A stretch of DNA of 64,000 bases from an uncultured Planctomycetaceae bacterium (GTDB lineage: Bacteria > Planctomycetota > Planctomycetia > Planctomycetales > Planctomycetaceae). The notes under the pieces were generated by a model. It had not been told where the DNA came from, did not search any database, and worked only from the letters and a program-made list of their open reading frames with translations. Location: assembly GCA_963976765.1 (NCBI GenBank), contig CAXBME010000002.1:372001-436000 (forward strand), written 5' to 3'. Of this stretch, positions 28,867 to 38,533 are shown one piece after another. How positions within the stretch are numbered: position 1 is the stretch's first letter; each line of letters begins with the position of its first letter. Both the position numbers and the translations under genes were made by a program.

Positions 28867-29883
28867 TCAGTGAAGCTGCCGGTCCAGGGCTGTCGCCACT
28901 TTTCGGCATTGCGCCACGGCGTCTGCAAAAACTTGCGGAGTCAGCGATTGCGCTCCGTCGCTGAGCGCTTTCGACGGCTGAGGATGGACTTCGATGATCA
29001 GACCATCACAGCCAGCGGCAACAGCGGCCGCACACATCGGTGAGACCAGATTGGCGTGCCCGGTCCCGTGGCTCGGATCGATGATCACCGGCAGGTGTGT
29101 TCTCTGGTGGAGGTACGGGACCGTCGCAAGTGGCAAGGTGAAGCGAGTGTGAGCTTCGAAAGTACGAATACCCCTCTCACAAAGCATGACCTGCGTATTG
29201 CCCTGATCGAGGACGTACTCAGCCGCCAGCAGGAACTCGTCAATGGTCGCGGCCGGGCCTCGCTTCAGCAGAACCGCCTTCCGAGTCTGGCCAACCGCCG
29301 CCAGCAGATTGTAGTTCTGCATGTTGCGAGCACCGATCTGCAACACGTCGGCGTAGCTGGCGACCAGATCCACCTGATCCGGAGACATAACTTCGGTTAC
29401 CACAATCAGACCAGTCTCTTCACGAGCTGCCGCCAGTAACTTCAACCCTTCTTCCTTCATTCCCTGGAAAGCGTATGGACTTGTTCGAGGTTTGAATGCT
29501 CCACCTCGCAGCGCCGTCGCCCCGGCATCGCGAACCGCTCGAGCGGACTCCATGATCTGGTCTTCACTTTCGACCGAACATGGCCCGGCAATGATGCCGA
29601 TGTTCTGCCCGCCAGCTGCGAACCTGCCGATCTCGACGATTGTTGGTTCGGGCTTTGCTTCCAGACTCGCAATTTTATACGGAGCCAGAATTGGCACGAT
29701 CTGCTCGACCTCGTCACAGGCTGCAAGCATTTCCTTCTGCTCGTCACGTTTGTCGCCGATCGCGGCAATGACGGTTCGTTCGGTCCCGACGATGACGTGA
29801 GCTTTCAAACCAAGCCCCTCAACTCGCTGCACCATATTCTGAATCATGGCTTCCGTGGAGTGTGGCTTCATGACAACGATCAT
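28867..29883 (-). CDS. aroF: 3-deoxy-7-phosphoheptulonate (DAHP) synthase, type I-beta with N-terminal ACT-like regulatory domain
   Basis: MIVVMKP...[13 protein letters not shown]-domain; [74 protein letters not shown] before ATG 29883. Confidence 0.96.
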   Translation of the reverse strand: MIVVMKPHSTEAMIQNMVQRVEGLGLKAHVIVGTERTVIAAIGDKRDEQKEMLAACDEVEQIVPILAPYKIASLEAKPEPTIVEIGRFAAGGQNIGIIAGPCSVESEDQIMESARAVRDAGATALRGGAFKPRTSPYAFQGMKEEGLKLLAAAREETGLIVVTEVMSPDQVDLVASYADVLQIGARNMQNYNLLAAVGQTRKAVLLKRGPAATIDEFLLAAEYVLDQGNTQVMLCERGIRTFEAHTRFTLPLATVPYLHQRTHLPVIIDPSHGTGHANLVSPMCAAAVAAGCDGLIIEVHPQPSKALSDGAQSLTPQVFADAVAQCRKVATALDRQLH

Positions 29884-29947
29884 CTGTGTTTCTCCCATTG
29901 GGCAAACGTGTGAAGTGTCGAAATCGCTGAAGACTTACATCGGGCAC

Positions 29948-29984
29948 AAAAAAAAGCCCTGAAGTCCTCAAGGGATTTCAGGGC
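29948..29984 (-). terminator. Attenuator terminator (3:4 hairpin) of the aroF leader
   Basis: Minus strand GCCCTGAAATCC-CTTGA-GGACTTCAGGGC followed by T8; 11 of 12 stem positions pair. Confidence 0.9.
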
Positions 29985-30017
29985 AATTGAAAACTGTTTT
30001 TCACAACCGTTAAACGG

Positions 30018-30125
30018 TCATACCCCGAACTCCCTCATGGGAAAGCCAAAATAAAAGAACCATCGAGTCCCGAAGTTCGGAACTGACGGTAAGGCTTTCA
30101 AAATTGAGAGATTCGAAGAACGCAT
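30018..30125 (-). CDS. aroF leader peptide, 35 aa (MRSSNLSILKALPSVPNFGTRWFFYFGFPMREFGV)
   Basis: Translated by hand; codons TGG TTC TTT TAT TTT GGC TTT at 30062-30042; stop codon lies 33 nt before the terminator stem. Below the ORF-track length cutoff. Confidence 0.85.
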   Translation of the reverse strand: MRSSNLSILKALPSVPNFGTRWFFYFGFPMREFGV

Positions 30126-30165
30126 GAACTGATCCAGATTCAGGGGGCTCAAATCTAAGTCCATC

Positions 30166-30195
30166 ATCCTAAGCTTGTACGAGCCGACAGGTCAA
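30166..30195 (-). promoter_or_regulatory. Putative sigma70 promoter of the leader-aroF transcript
   Basis: TTGACC-N18-TAGGAT on the minus strand, 40 nt upstream of the leader ATG. Confidence 0.55.
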
Positions 30196-30271
30196 CAGAC
30201 GGTTTTCAATACGCTGTGACATTCTCGAACAACGTCTGGTTCGGGCAATTGGCGACATGCTCATGCGAAAT

Positions 30272-33200
30272 TCAATCCAGTGGCCTTGCAGAAAGCCTTC
30301 CACTGGCGTCGATCAGGAAGGCGCCTCGGCCGTTCGAGAGCGTCCACTCAGGCCCCAAACTCAGTCGTCCGGGGCCGGCGAACAAAGTCTGGTCAGCCAG
30401 TTTCAACGCTTCGGCTTCGCGGCGAGCCTGGTCGACGTTCCAGTCGAGGCTGATCACTGTCAGCGGCCTGTTGTTCTCGACGGTCCAGGCTCGAGCCTTT
30501 TCAATGAACGGTTTCGATGCAGGATGCCACAAAGCAGCAAAGACGAGCAGTCGTTCAGAATTTCCTGCCGGCTGCCATCGGGTGCTCTCACCATCGAGAG
30601 TTACCGCATCGAACCCGGCAACCGCGATCTTGCCAGACGGATCGTTCGGCGAGGATGGAGCTTCCGCTTCGACGGCTTTCGTGCTGAAGTCAAACGTGAG
30701 TGCCTTTGCGATCGCCGATGCGACACGTGACGTTACTGATTGGCGAACGATTTCCGGCTGGCGATTAATGTCGACCATCTCGATGGTAACGTCGTCTTTC
30801 GACTCCGTTACCAACTCGACAGTCGTGGCTCCTCTCAAATTCAGTTGATAGAAACCTCGGTCAGACTGGCGGTAATGCTCCGCACTGATCTTGTAGGAGC
30901 CCGGCGGGAGATGCTCGATCGTGAAACGCCCGTCGGCAGAAGACAATGTTGCATCAACCTGTCGAGCGTTGTCCTCGCTGGCAAGTACTTTCACGAGGAC
31001 TCCACTGACCGCGATCCCATCCGAGTCTCGAGCGATTCCTGAAAGCATCGGGCCTGCCGCGCGCGACATATTGTGTGTCAGAGACTGCCCTGGCAGGAGC
31101 GTCAGTTCCCGAGTGTCGATATACGTCGACATGCTGCTGCTCTGGCCCAGCGCGAACTGAAAAACGCGACTGAACTGATAGGTCCCCGGGCCGACGGACT
31201 CGTACCTGAAGACGCCGTTGGCATCTGTCGTCACTTGTCCTCCGAATCCGAATGATTGATTTCCCTGATTCTCAGCATGGTCATAGCCGTTCCAGATCAG
31301 CCGGAGCTTTGTATTCGCCAGAGGCTTGCCGGCAACCGTTACCTTTCCTTCGATGGAACCCTGTTTCGGAAACGGCAACTCCAGCACGGTCGTTTCAAGT
31401 TCGCTCGAGGTCAAAACGGCGTCGAGATCCGTCACGAGATGAAAGCCGCCTTCTTCGGACAATAACGCAATACTCAGATCCGACTTTCCGGACGGCGGCG
31501 ACAGGCGAAACTCACCTGCCTCATTAGTCGTCGTGTGCTGCCCGGAGAAGCGTTTCTTTTCGATGAATTCCCAGGGCGTTGTGTACTCCCCGTAATAGTC
31601 GGGCCGCATCCGGTCCTGGGGACCGACGATCGCCACAGCGATATTCGGCAGCGGTTCGCCGGTCGCCGCATCAACGACTCGGCCTGAGAATAGACTCGCT
31701 GGTTTCAACTCGACTTTGAAATCTTTACCGATTGTTACGTCGTCAGGAATGTAGACGATCTCTTCCTTGAAACCGGTCGCTCGAAATCGATAGGCGATCT
31801 GAGAATTGAATGGCTCATCGATTTCAATTTTCATGACACCTTTCAGCTTGTCGTAGTATCGCGTGGTTTCGTAGTCGTCAGACCTCCATGACCAGTTTTG
31901 GTTTCCTTCCCACAGGTAGCCTTTCGCGATCTGGAGTTGCGGGACAATCTTTCCCTCGGCGGCATCGCGAACAGTAATCGTATGAGTGATCGCAGGCTTC
32001 ATGATCAGGCCAACGGTGTCACCGCCTTTCATTTCGAAGTTGCGATTGCTGATGAAACCGCTCTTCAGAATGTCGACTTCCACAATGCTGTCGGGCATGT
32101 GAGCCAACGTGAACCTGCCATTTCCATCGGTTCGATCTTCCCGCTGAAACATGCGGGCGCCGTTCCAGGTGTCAGTAACCAGCCAGACACCGACGAGCGG
32201 TTTGCCATCAGTGTCGGTGATGGTTCCCGTGACTGGTTTCCCCTCGCTCAATGTGAAATCAGCTTTTGACTCAGTGCCTGTGCTGACCGAAACGGTTTTC
32301 ATCGCCGGTGCAAAATTATCACTGAAAGCATGCAGAAGATTCTGCCCCTCGTTCACTCCGATCAATCGATAGCGACCGTTGGCGTCCGTCGTCGTTTCTG
32401 GCTTCCTGTCGTTACTTCCGCCGAAACGGTCATTGCCAACCGTTATTCGGATTCCCGGAATCGGCTCGGCAGTTTCCTGATGGACGACCTGACCAGTGAT
32501 GGTCGCTCCTGGCGACAGCTCCCATTTCACTGACATCTCGTCACTTGTCAGGGGGAATCCGAATCGTCCCCTGGCGACAAAGCCCGGAGCTTCGATGACC
32601 GGATAAAGTGTCTCTCGGTCTTTCGGCAACCCGTAGATTTCGAACTCGCCTTTCTCATTAGTAACGGCATAAGGCGAATAGCCGGACAGGCCGGTGGTAA
32701 CCGTCGCCCCAGGTAGCGGATCGCCGGTGGCAGAGACGACGGTTCCTGTTAACGTTCTACCGCCTTCGATCAGCTCAACTCGCTGCGTCGCGCCGCGAGG
32801 CCACTTCAGATTGACTGTTGCCGCTTCGTACCCCTTCGCGACGACGTACAACCGATCGGTCATTGGACTGAGATCCGGCAGACTGACTTTTCCGGCGGCA
32901 CCGGTCGTCGGCTCAGCCCGATCCTGAGCCAACCAGACCTGAGCGCCTTCGATCGGCTTCCGAGTCAGCCTGTCGACAACCAGCAACGACGCTGGCTGCG
33001 CGGACAACAACTTCGCCACGACGTTTCCAGTGACCACTCGTTGCCACGGCGCGGTGGTGATGGTTTCCTTGAAGTGTGAATGTCGAACCGAAAGTTTCAC
33101 GAACGCCGGAGCGGAGCCCTTCGCGTAGAGAGCGTAGTAGCCTGCAGCGCCCGGATATGACTGTCGAGACCCGCTGCACTGATGCTCCGATATGATCTGT

Positions 33201-33847
33201 CTCTTCGCATCCAGCAGCGTCACATCAACAACAGGAAGCCTGACATTGTTGTTGGCCGGCGTCGCTTTGAATGTGAGCAGTGGTTCTTTCAGATCAGCTG
33301 GAAAAAAACGGACGGCGGCGTCCCACTTTGTCCGGCCATTGGCAACACGAAGCAGCAGCGTGTTGGTGCCGGCTTTCAGATCAACTGCCACAATTTCCTG
33401 ATCGAGCGACGACGCCCAGTTATCGGTGCCGCGAGCAACTTCCTGACCATTCAACCAACCGATGAAGGCGTCGTCGTACGCAACGCCCATCTGGACTTTT
33501 TGAGCAACAGGACTCAAGAACTGCGTCCACGCATAGGCTACTTTGTTCTCACCCTTCGTTCCGGTCACTCCAAGCCTCTCGCGAAAGTCAATCACGCGAT
33601 CAGGGCAAGGCTTCCAGGTGTAGAGCTGGTTTTCGTGGAAGTGGACCTGCCCCATCGACAGCGTCGCCTCGTTCGGTACATATCGGGTCTCAAGCCCCGA
33701 CTCATCTTCCTTTGGGAACGGCCCAAGCAGGTGCCAGTCTCCCAGAAAAACGTTCCACTTGAAATTCTGCGGCGCCGGGTCTTCCGCCTGAAGACCCGTT
33801 GCATAAAGCGAAGCGACAACCGTCGCCATATACATGAGAAATCGCAT
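30272..33847 (-). CDS. Large exported protein: PA14/galactose-binding-like N-domain, multiple carboxypeptidase-regulatory-like beta-sandwich repeats, C-terminal thioredoxin-like domain lacking CxxC
   Basis: Signal peptide; WHLLGPF...DD...WLNG.EV...LKAGTNTLL; repeated G.V....G.PL.G..V...TD.NG.F/Y motifs; C-terminal FDAVTLDG...LLVFAALWHPAS...VISLD...AFLIDASGR. Confidence 0.8.
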   Translation of the reverse strand: MRFLMYMATVVASLYATGLQAEDPAPQNFKWNVFLGDWHLLGPFPKEDESGLETRYVPNEATLSMGQVHFHENQLYTWKPCPDRVIDFRERLGVTGTKGENKVAYAWTQFLSPVAQKVQMGVAYDDAFIGWLNGQEVARGTDNWASSLDQEIVAVDLKAGTNTLLLRVANGRTKWDAAVRFFPADLKEPLLTFKATPANNNVRLPVVDVTLLDAKRQIISEHQCSGSRQSYPGAAGYYALYAKGSAPAFVKLSVRHSHFKETITTAPWQRVVTGNVVAKLLSAQPASLLVVDRLTRKPIEGAQVWLAQDRAEPTTGAAGKVSLPDLSPMTDRLYVVAKGYEAATVNLKWPRGATQRVELIEGGRTLTGTVVSATGDPLPGATVTTGLSGYSPYAVTNEKGEFEIYGLPKDRETLYPVIEAPGFVARGRFGFPLTSDEMSVKWELSPGATITGQVVHQETAEPIPGIRITVGNDRFGGSNDRKPETTTDANGRYRLIGVNEGQNLLHAFSDNFAPAMKTVSVSTGTESKADFTLSEGKPVTGTITDTDGKPLVGVWLVTDTWNGARMFQREDRTDGNGRFTLAHMPDSIVEVDILKSGFISNRNFEMKGGDTVGLIMKPAITHTITVRDAAEGKIVPQLQIAKGYLWEGNQNWSWRSDDYETTRYYDKLKGVMKIEIDEPFNSQIAYRFRATGFKEEIVYIPDDVTIGKDFKVELKPASLFSGRVVDAATGEPLPNIAVAIVGPQDRMRPDYYGEYTTPWEFIEKKRFSGQHTTTNEAGEFRLSPPSGKSDLSIALLSEEGGFHLVTDLDAVLTSSELETTVLELPFPKQGSIEGKVTVAGKPLANTKLRLIWNGYDHAENQGNQSFGFGGQVTTDANGVFRYESVGPGTYQFSRVFQFALGQSSSMSTYIDTRELTLLPGQSLTHNMSRAAGPMLSGIARDSDGIAVSGVLVKVLASEDNARQVDATLSSADGRFTIEHLPPGSYKISAEHYRQSDRGFYQLNLRGATTVELVTESKDDVTIEMVDINRQPEIVRQSVTSRVASAIAKALTFDFSTKAVEAEAPSSPNDPSGKIAVAGFDAVTLDGESTRWQPAGNSERLLVFAALWHPASKPFIEKARAWTVENNRPLTVISLDWNVDQARREAEALKLADQTLFAGPGRLSLGPEWTLSNGRGAFLIDASGRLSARPLD

Positions 33848-33949
33848 GATGATCCGTCCTGCAGGAGAGTTCCGAACCTATACTCGCCGGATTCAAGAAT
33901 CGGCGACCCAGTTCGCGCTCGACCGCGCAGTTAATATTTAATATTGCCA

Positions 33950-36900
33950 TTACTTACTTGAATTGGACATCCGTGCTTCGAACGACTTCCAAAGCACCTC
34001 GCCACTTTGCGGTTCAATTCGCAACTGGACACCGCCGCTCGGGACGAGATTAGATTCAAAACTCGCCTGGCCGAGCAATCGCGACAAACCACCCTCTGAA
34101 TAGACAAAGAGCATCGTTTTCTGGATCCGCACGAGGCGAAGTGAGTCGATTGATGAAACCGCCTCAGTAGCAATCGTTTCCGTCTGCCGCTTCGTCGGGC
34201 TGCCTCGCTGCACAGACGCGGTCACCTCAAACGACGCTTTGCCGGTTCGGCGAATGGACAACGTGGCCCGTTCGCCCCCACTTACAACCATCATCGAGGC
34301 CATCCCGGAAACCGAATCGGATGTCCTCAACCCTGAAGCGTTCAGCGTGGTTGAAACATCGAAGTCGCCTGTTAGAGAGTTTCCGAAACTCAAAGTCGCG
34401 CTGCCTGTTCTGCTGTCATTTCCGGCGTGAACCCGCAGTCCGCCATCGCCTTTGACAGGTTTCAACTCACCAGTGAAGCTAAACCCTTCAGCCTCGCTCG
34501 CGGCGAATCGGTGCCGATGCGTTTTCGGCAGCAAGGCCGTGAACTGGTTTACCGACGTCACGCGTGCATCAATCTGTTGTTCGAAGGCTGACGTGTTGGA
34601 CCGAACCTGAAATTTCCTGAGCACCACGTTCGTTGCCCCTCCCGCGTTGCTACTCGTTACGCTCCCCAGAAGGATCGCAGACGCAGCGGAAGGAAGTTCG
34701 TGGCTCCCTACATATCGAAAATTCGTCGAATCTCCGGAAGCGCACAGTGAATAAATAGTTGAGCCACGGCGCACTATTCTCAGTGTGCCCGATAAAGTTT
34801 CGTCCGGCAAATAAGTTCTAACGTAGCGCTTGGTGCCGTCGGGAAGCGGGAGAGTCAGTACAGAAGCGACCGAGCTTCTGTCGTCGCCTGATTGCGATCT
34901 GGTAGTACGGACTGTCATTCCCGACTCGTCCGTCGCCAACAACATCTGATCGGCGGAGCCTGACCCGCCATAGACCGCCACCAGATCTTCAAATGTCAAC
35001 GTTGCGTCAAAGTCACCGTATACCGGATTCAGATAGTTGACTTTGAGTCCCGTCCATTTGTTGGCAACAGCGAGTGCCATTTTAAGTCCATTGGAATGGC
35101 GACTGACTGCGTCGGCGGTTCGAGCTCCGCTAACCTCGAACTCACCTTCAACGATTTCATCTGCAAAGCGATGCGTGAATACCTCCGTCAACGTGTCCAA
35201 TCCGTCGAGGCATTCGTGATCGGGAACAAAAAGTTCCTGCTCGTGCAGCGGCGGAATCTGCTTTGGCCAGTCGCCTCGCCAGACAATATTGCGAACACGA
35301 GCTTCTGTCTGATCTGAGTAATGAAACAAGCCGAACATTCGCTGGTTCGTCGCCTCCAGTTTTCGTTCGTAGACGGGTTCTCCATTCAGATCGAGGATCA
35401 CGGTGTCGTCCCGCAACGTAAGCCGCACCCTGTTCCAGCCCTGTACTTTCAGCGGCAGTGGCCCGGTGCCTCGGCGGTTGTCCGGTTCAGACGATCGGTT
35501 GCCTGGCCCTAGGTCACTTCGTTCGTAGACACCGTCTGTCGCGTGATGAATGTTGACGCCCGCTGGGTCGAGCAAAAATGTCAGACGATCCATTGCCGGA
35601 TGGACGTGCGAATGACCAGGCTCGTAGAAGAATTCGTATTCAATCGTCCCGTTTTCGAGCATGGGGCGGTGGCATTGCAGAAGACTTTCACATTGCGTTC
35701 CGGCAAGTTCCGGTTGACGACGCCCGACAATCCCAAACGCTCCTTCGTCGCTTTCCTGTCGCCATTCACCGTCGTCGCTGACCGACTCTTTGTAGTAGGG
35801 AACCCAGCCAGGCAACGCTTTCTTTTCAGCGAGATTGACGGATTCAGGAACGATCGGGCTGCCGGTTATTCTGAGATCGCGAACTGCCCCGAGAGACCTT
35901 GCTTCACAGCGAATCGCAATCCACGGGTCGAACGTGTCGCCAATTTCTTCCTCGTGAAGCTTTCGGCCATTAAAGAAGATCGAGTAAACACCGTCGCGAA
36001 CGACAACCCGGTACCGTGACCACTCGCCAAACTTTGACATCGGCTTCTGGATCGCGACCCTCGGTCTTTGAATTCGCACGTTGCCGATTTCGAACGCAGC
36101 CCTGTTCCAGTAGGTACCGACCCAACGGCCAGCAACCAGCAGTTCCATCTCCCGCCAGCTTGTGGAGGAAACTTCGCACTCGATTTCGAAGTTACCCAGC
36201 ACCGGGCATTGAAACATCAGATAGTCCTGATCATGTCCGGAAACGCGACTGACCTCATTCCCGTCCCAATGCCAATGCGACGGCGGCATACCCTGCCCAC
36301 GAGTTTCAGCAGTGAAGCGACTGACCGGTTTCCATTGTTTCAAGGCAAGCGGGCTCGCGATGTCGATTGTCATCGCTTCGGAATTCTCGCGTCGTTGATG
36401 TTGTCCGAGCAGTGAGAACAAATGGCTGTCCCAGACGTCGTTTCCCTGTTTCCGCCAGCCATGCAGATCGTTCACAAACTTTTCGTAGTTCAGATAGAGC
36501 AGCTCGCCGATGATCGTCAGATGCGGCGCATGCCTCAGTCCATAATTCAGCGCTAGCGTTTCCGGCCAACGTTCCGATACATCGGAGTGTTCGCTCGTAC
36601 GGAAAATGTCAAACAGCTGAGTCAACGCTGTCGTCGCCGCCGAGTCGTCCTTGCGCGCGACGTTGATCATCGACAGCAATGCAAGTTGCGAACGTCGATC
36701 GGCATCATTCGTTGTTTCGATTTGCTCGACCAGGCTGCGCAAGTCGCCCAGCCGACCGAGTACTTTCGCGATGTTCACCAGATCGAATGCTGGAGAGACG
36801 AGGTCTCCACCCACCTGCATTCGCGTCCGCTTATGGTCGGCAGCAGATGTCAGTTGGCCTTCTGGAAATCCATCACCAGCAACCGGGGTGAATGCTGGAT

Positions 36901-37225
36901 TGGCAGTCGTCAACGATCCCTGCAAACGAAAATGCAGATGACTTCGACCGGGCACTACCCAATCAGCAAGGCTCTGATACTGATCGTCGTCGGAACGACC
37001 AGCAAGTTTCTGTCGCAGGGCGTGAATATTTTCGCCGACGGTCGAGTCTCCAGCGATCTCGCTCAGAACATGCAGGTCTGAGCTGAAAGCAGATTGCCCG
37101 CCAACCGCACAGCTCAACACGATCAGCGACGCCATTGTGAACTGGATTCGCCACCAGAACTCGCCAGCACAGTCTGGCTTCGTCGAGCAATCCGTCTTTA
37201 ATCCGTCACACCTGAAATCACTCAT
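33950..37225 (-). CDS. DUF1583/DUF1581-type planctomycete protein (paralog 1)
   Basis: ESLLQCHRPMLENGTIEYEFFY...VHPAMDRLTFLLDP.GV...LPLK..GWN...TNQRMFGLFHY...RVRNIVWRGDWP core shared with the two genes at 58-64 kb. Start uncertain. Confidence 0.8.
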   Translation of the reverse strand: MSDFRCDGLKTDCSTKPDCAGEFWWRIQFTMASLIVLSCAVGGQSAFSSDLHVLSEIAGDSTVGENIHALRQKLAGRSDDDQYQSLADWVVPGRSHLHFRLQGSLTTANPAFTPVAGDGFPEGQLTSAADHKRTRMQVGGDLVSPAFDLVNIAKVLGRLGDLRSLVEQIETTNDADRRSQLALLSMINVARKDDSAATTALTQLFDIFRTSEHSDVSERWPETLALNYGLRHAPHLTIIGELLYLNYEKFVNDLHGWRKQGNDVWDSHLFSLLGQHQRRENSEAMTIDIASPLALKQWKPVSRFTAETRGQGMPPSHWHWDGNEVSRVSGHDQDYLMFQCPVLGNFEIECEVSSTSWREMELLVAGRWVGTYWNRAAFEIGNVRIQRPRVAIQKPMSKFGEWSRYRVVVRDGVYSIFFNGRKLHEEEIGDTFDPWIAIRCEARSLGAVRDLRITGSPIVPESVNLAEKKALPGWVPYYKESVSDDGEWRQESDEGAFGIVGRRQPELAGTQCESLLQCHRPMLENGTIEYEFFYEPGHSHVHPAMDRLTFLLDPAGVNIHHATDGVYERSDLGPGNRSSEPDNRRGTGPLPLKVQGWNRVRLTLRDDTVILDLNGEPVYERKLEATNQRMFGLFHYSDQTEARVRNIVWRGDWPKQIPPLHEQELFVPDHECLDGLDTLTEVFTHRFADEIVEGEFEVSGARTADAVSRHSNGLKMALAVANKWTGLKVNYLNPVYGDFDATLTFEDLVAVYGGSGSADQMLLATDESGMTVRTTRSQSGDDRSSVASVLTLPLPDGTKRYVRTYLPDETLSGTLRIVRRGSTIYSLCASGDSTNFRYVGSHELPSAASAILLGSVTSSNAGGATNVVLRKFQVRSNTSAFEQQIDARVTSVNQFTALLPKTHRHRFAASEAEGFSFTGELKPVKGDGGLRVHAGNDSRTGSATLSFGNSLTGDFDVSTTLNASGLRTSDSVSGMASMMVVSGGERATLSIRRTGKASFEVTASVQRGSPTKRQTETIATEAVSSIDSLRLVRIQKTMLFVYSEGGLSRLLGQASFESNLVPSGGVQLRIEPQSGEVLWKSFEARMSNSSK

Positions 37226-37271
37226 GAGTACGTCAATCGAAAGTGGTGCTTAGCTTGCAGCGAGCTGTTAA

Positions 37272-38468
37272 TTAGCGTTGATAGATCGGCAGCAACTGAA
37301 AAGCCGGCGTCAGCGCGAGCACGGCCAGCGATGTTGTGTACGTTGAGGTGAAGTCTCGTTCGCGCCCCGACCCTAACGGCCACTCTCCGCCTTCAGACTG
37401 TTCCTCAAGCAGGTTCGCAGCGATCTGAGGAAAGATTTGATTCCACGTTTCGCCGCCAACCTGAGCCATCGCCTGGCTGCTGTAATAACTGCCCAGATAG
37501 AAATAGCCGTATTGCCAGGGCTTGGGATAATCGCGTGAACGGAACCAGCGGACTCCATCAGCAAGTCCAGGATGTTCCAATCGACCGCCCAGAATGAGTG
37601 TCAGCATGGCCGACGCAGTATTCGCCAGTGTGATCTGTGGGTTCTCTGTCGGTGCAGAAACGAGCGGCCGGTATCGAAAGACTCCCTTTTCATGTTGAGT
37701 CGCGTCGGGTTCGTGGCAGCGTTCGACGAAGTCCAGACCTTCGTCGAAGAAATGTTTCGGCACTTCGAACTCGGCATTACGAGCCGACCGCAGAAACATC
37801 AGCGCCCAACCTGTGACCGACATGTCGGACGACGCATCGGGACTCTCAGGATAGCCGTAGCGCCAGCCGCCGATGTCGCCCTTTGTTTTCTTGACCCGAA
37901 CCTGAACTTCTCGATGGTAAACCAACGCCTTTCGAATGGCGGATTCAATTCTTCTGGAGCGCTCGCCCGAAGTCATACCGTACACCTCGCCCAGCATCAG
38001 GCCAGTAATCGAGTGATTGTACGTCACGGTTTGCGAGGGACTCATGTGCTGAGCTGGCGGCGTGACGGGAAGCAACGAGAAGTATCCTCGCCGTCGCTGC
38101 GTCGATAGAACAAAATCGATCGCCAGAGAAAGCTGCTTTCCATACCGCCCCTGATCAGGCAGATGCCCTCGCGAGAGGAACGCCATGATCGCCATTGATG
38201 TCACCGCTGGCTGAGCGGCCTCGGTGCTCGGGAACCGTCCGTCTTCGGCCTGCTGAGCAGCCAGCCATTCCAGCCCTTTGTCAACCGACGATTCAACACG
38301 TGCCCACTCCCCCGGCGGAAGTGCCGAGCTGAGGTTGGAACTTCTCGCGATGACGGATGGCGTACTTTCCTGAGCGATGTCCGAACCGGTCGACGCCAGG
38401 CAGACAACGGCGGCAAGAGCGATTCTCACCGCGAGCCGATGCTGGGATTTGATTCTGGATTGAGGCAT
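37272..38468 (-). CDS. Exported prenyltransferase/squalene-oxidase-repeat (alpha6-alpha6 barrel) protein
   Basis: Signal peptide; QW-like repeats GLEWLAAQQAEDGRF, GGWRY...SDMSVTGWALMFLRSARNA, EEQSEGGEW...YTTSLAVLAL...LLPIYQR. Confidence 0.85.
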   Translation of the reverse strand: MPQSRIKSQHRLAVRIALAAVVCLASTGSDIAQESTPSVIARSSNLSSALPPGEWARVESSVDKGLEWLAAQQAEDGRFPSTEAAQPAVTSMAIMAFLSRGHLPDQGRYGKQLSLAIDFVLSTQRRRGYFSLLPVTPPAQHMSPSQTVTYNHSITGLMLGEVYGMTSGERSRRIESAIRKALVYHREVQVRVKKTKGDIGGWRYGYPESPDASSDMSVTGWALMFLRSARNAEFEVPKHFFDEGLDFVERCHEPDATQHEKGVFRYRPLVSAPTENPQITLANTASAMLTLILGGRLEHPGLADGVRWFRSRDYPKPWQYGYFYLGSYYSSQAMAQVGGETWNQIFPQIAANLLEEQSEGGEWPLGSGRERDFTSTYTTSLAVLALTPAFQLLPIYQR

Positions 38469-38533
38469 GATCCACCTGCCGAAACTTGACTCTGGGTAGA
38501 CGCGAGTGATCGACGAGTTCGACTTCGAGCCTG

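Noticed and set aside
37272..38468. Squalene-hopene cyclase / terpene biosynthetic cluster
   Set aside because: Single barrel with a signal peptide, no DxDD motif and no isoprenoid genes nearby; a usual MoxR-operon companion.
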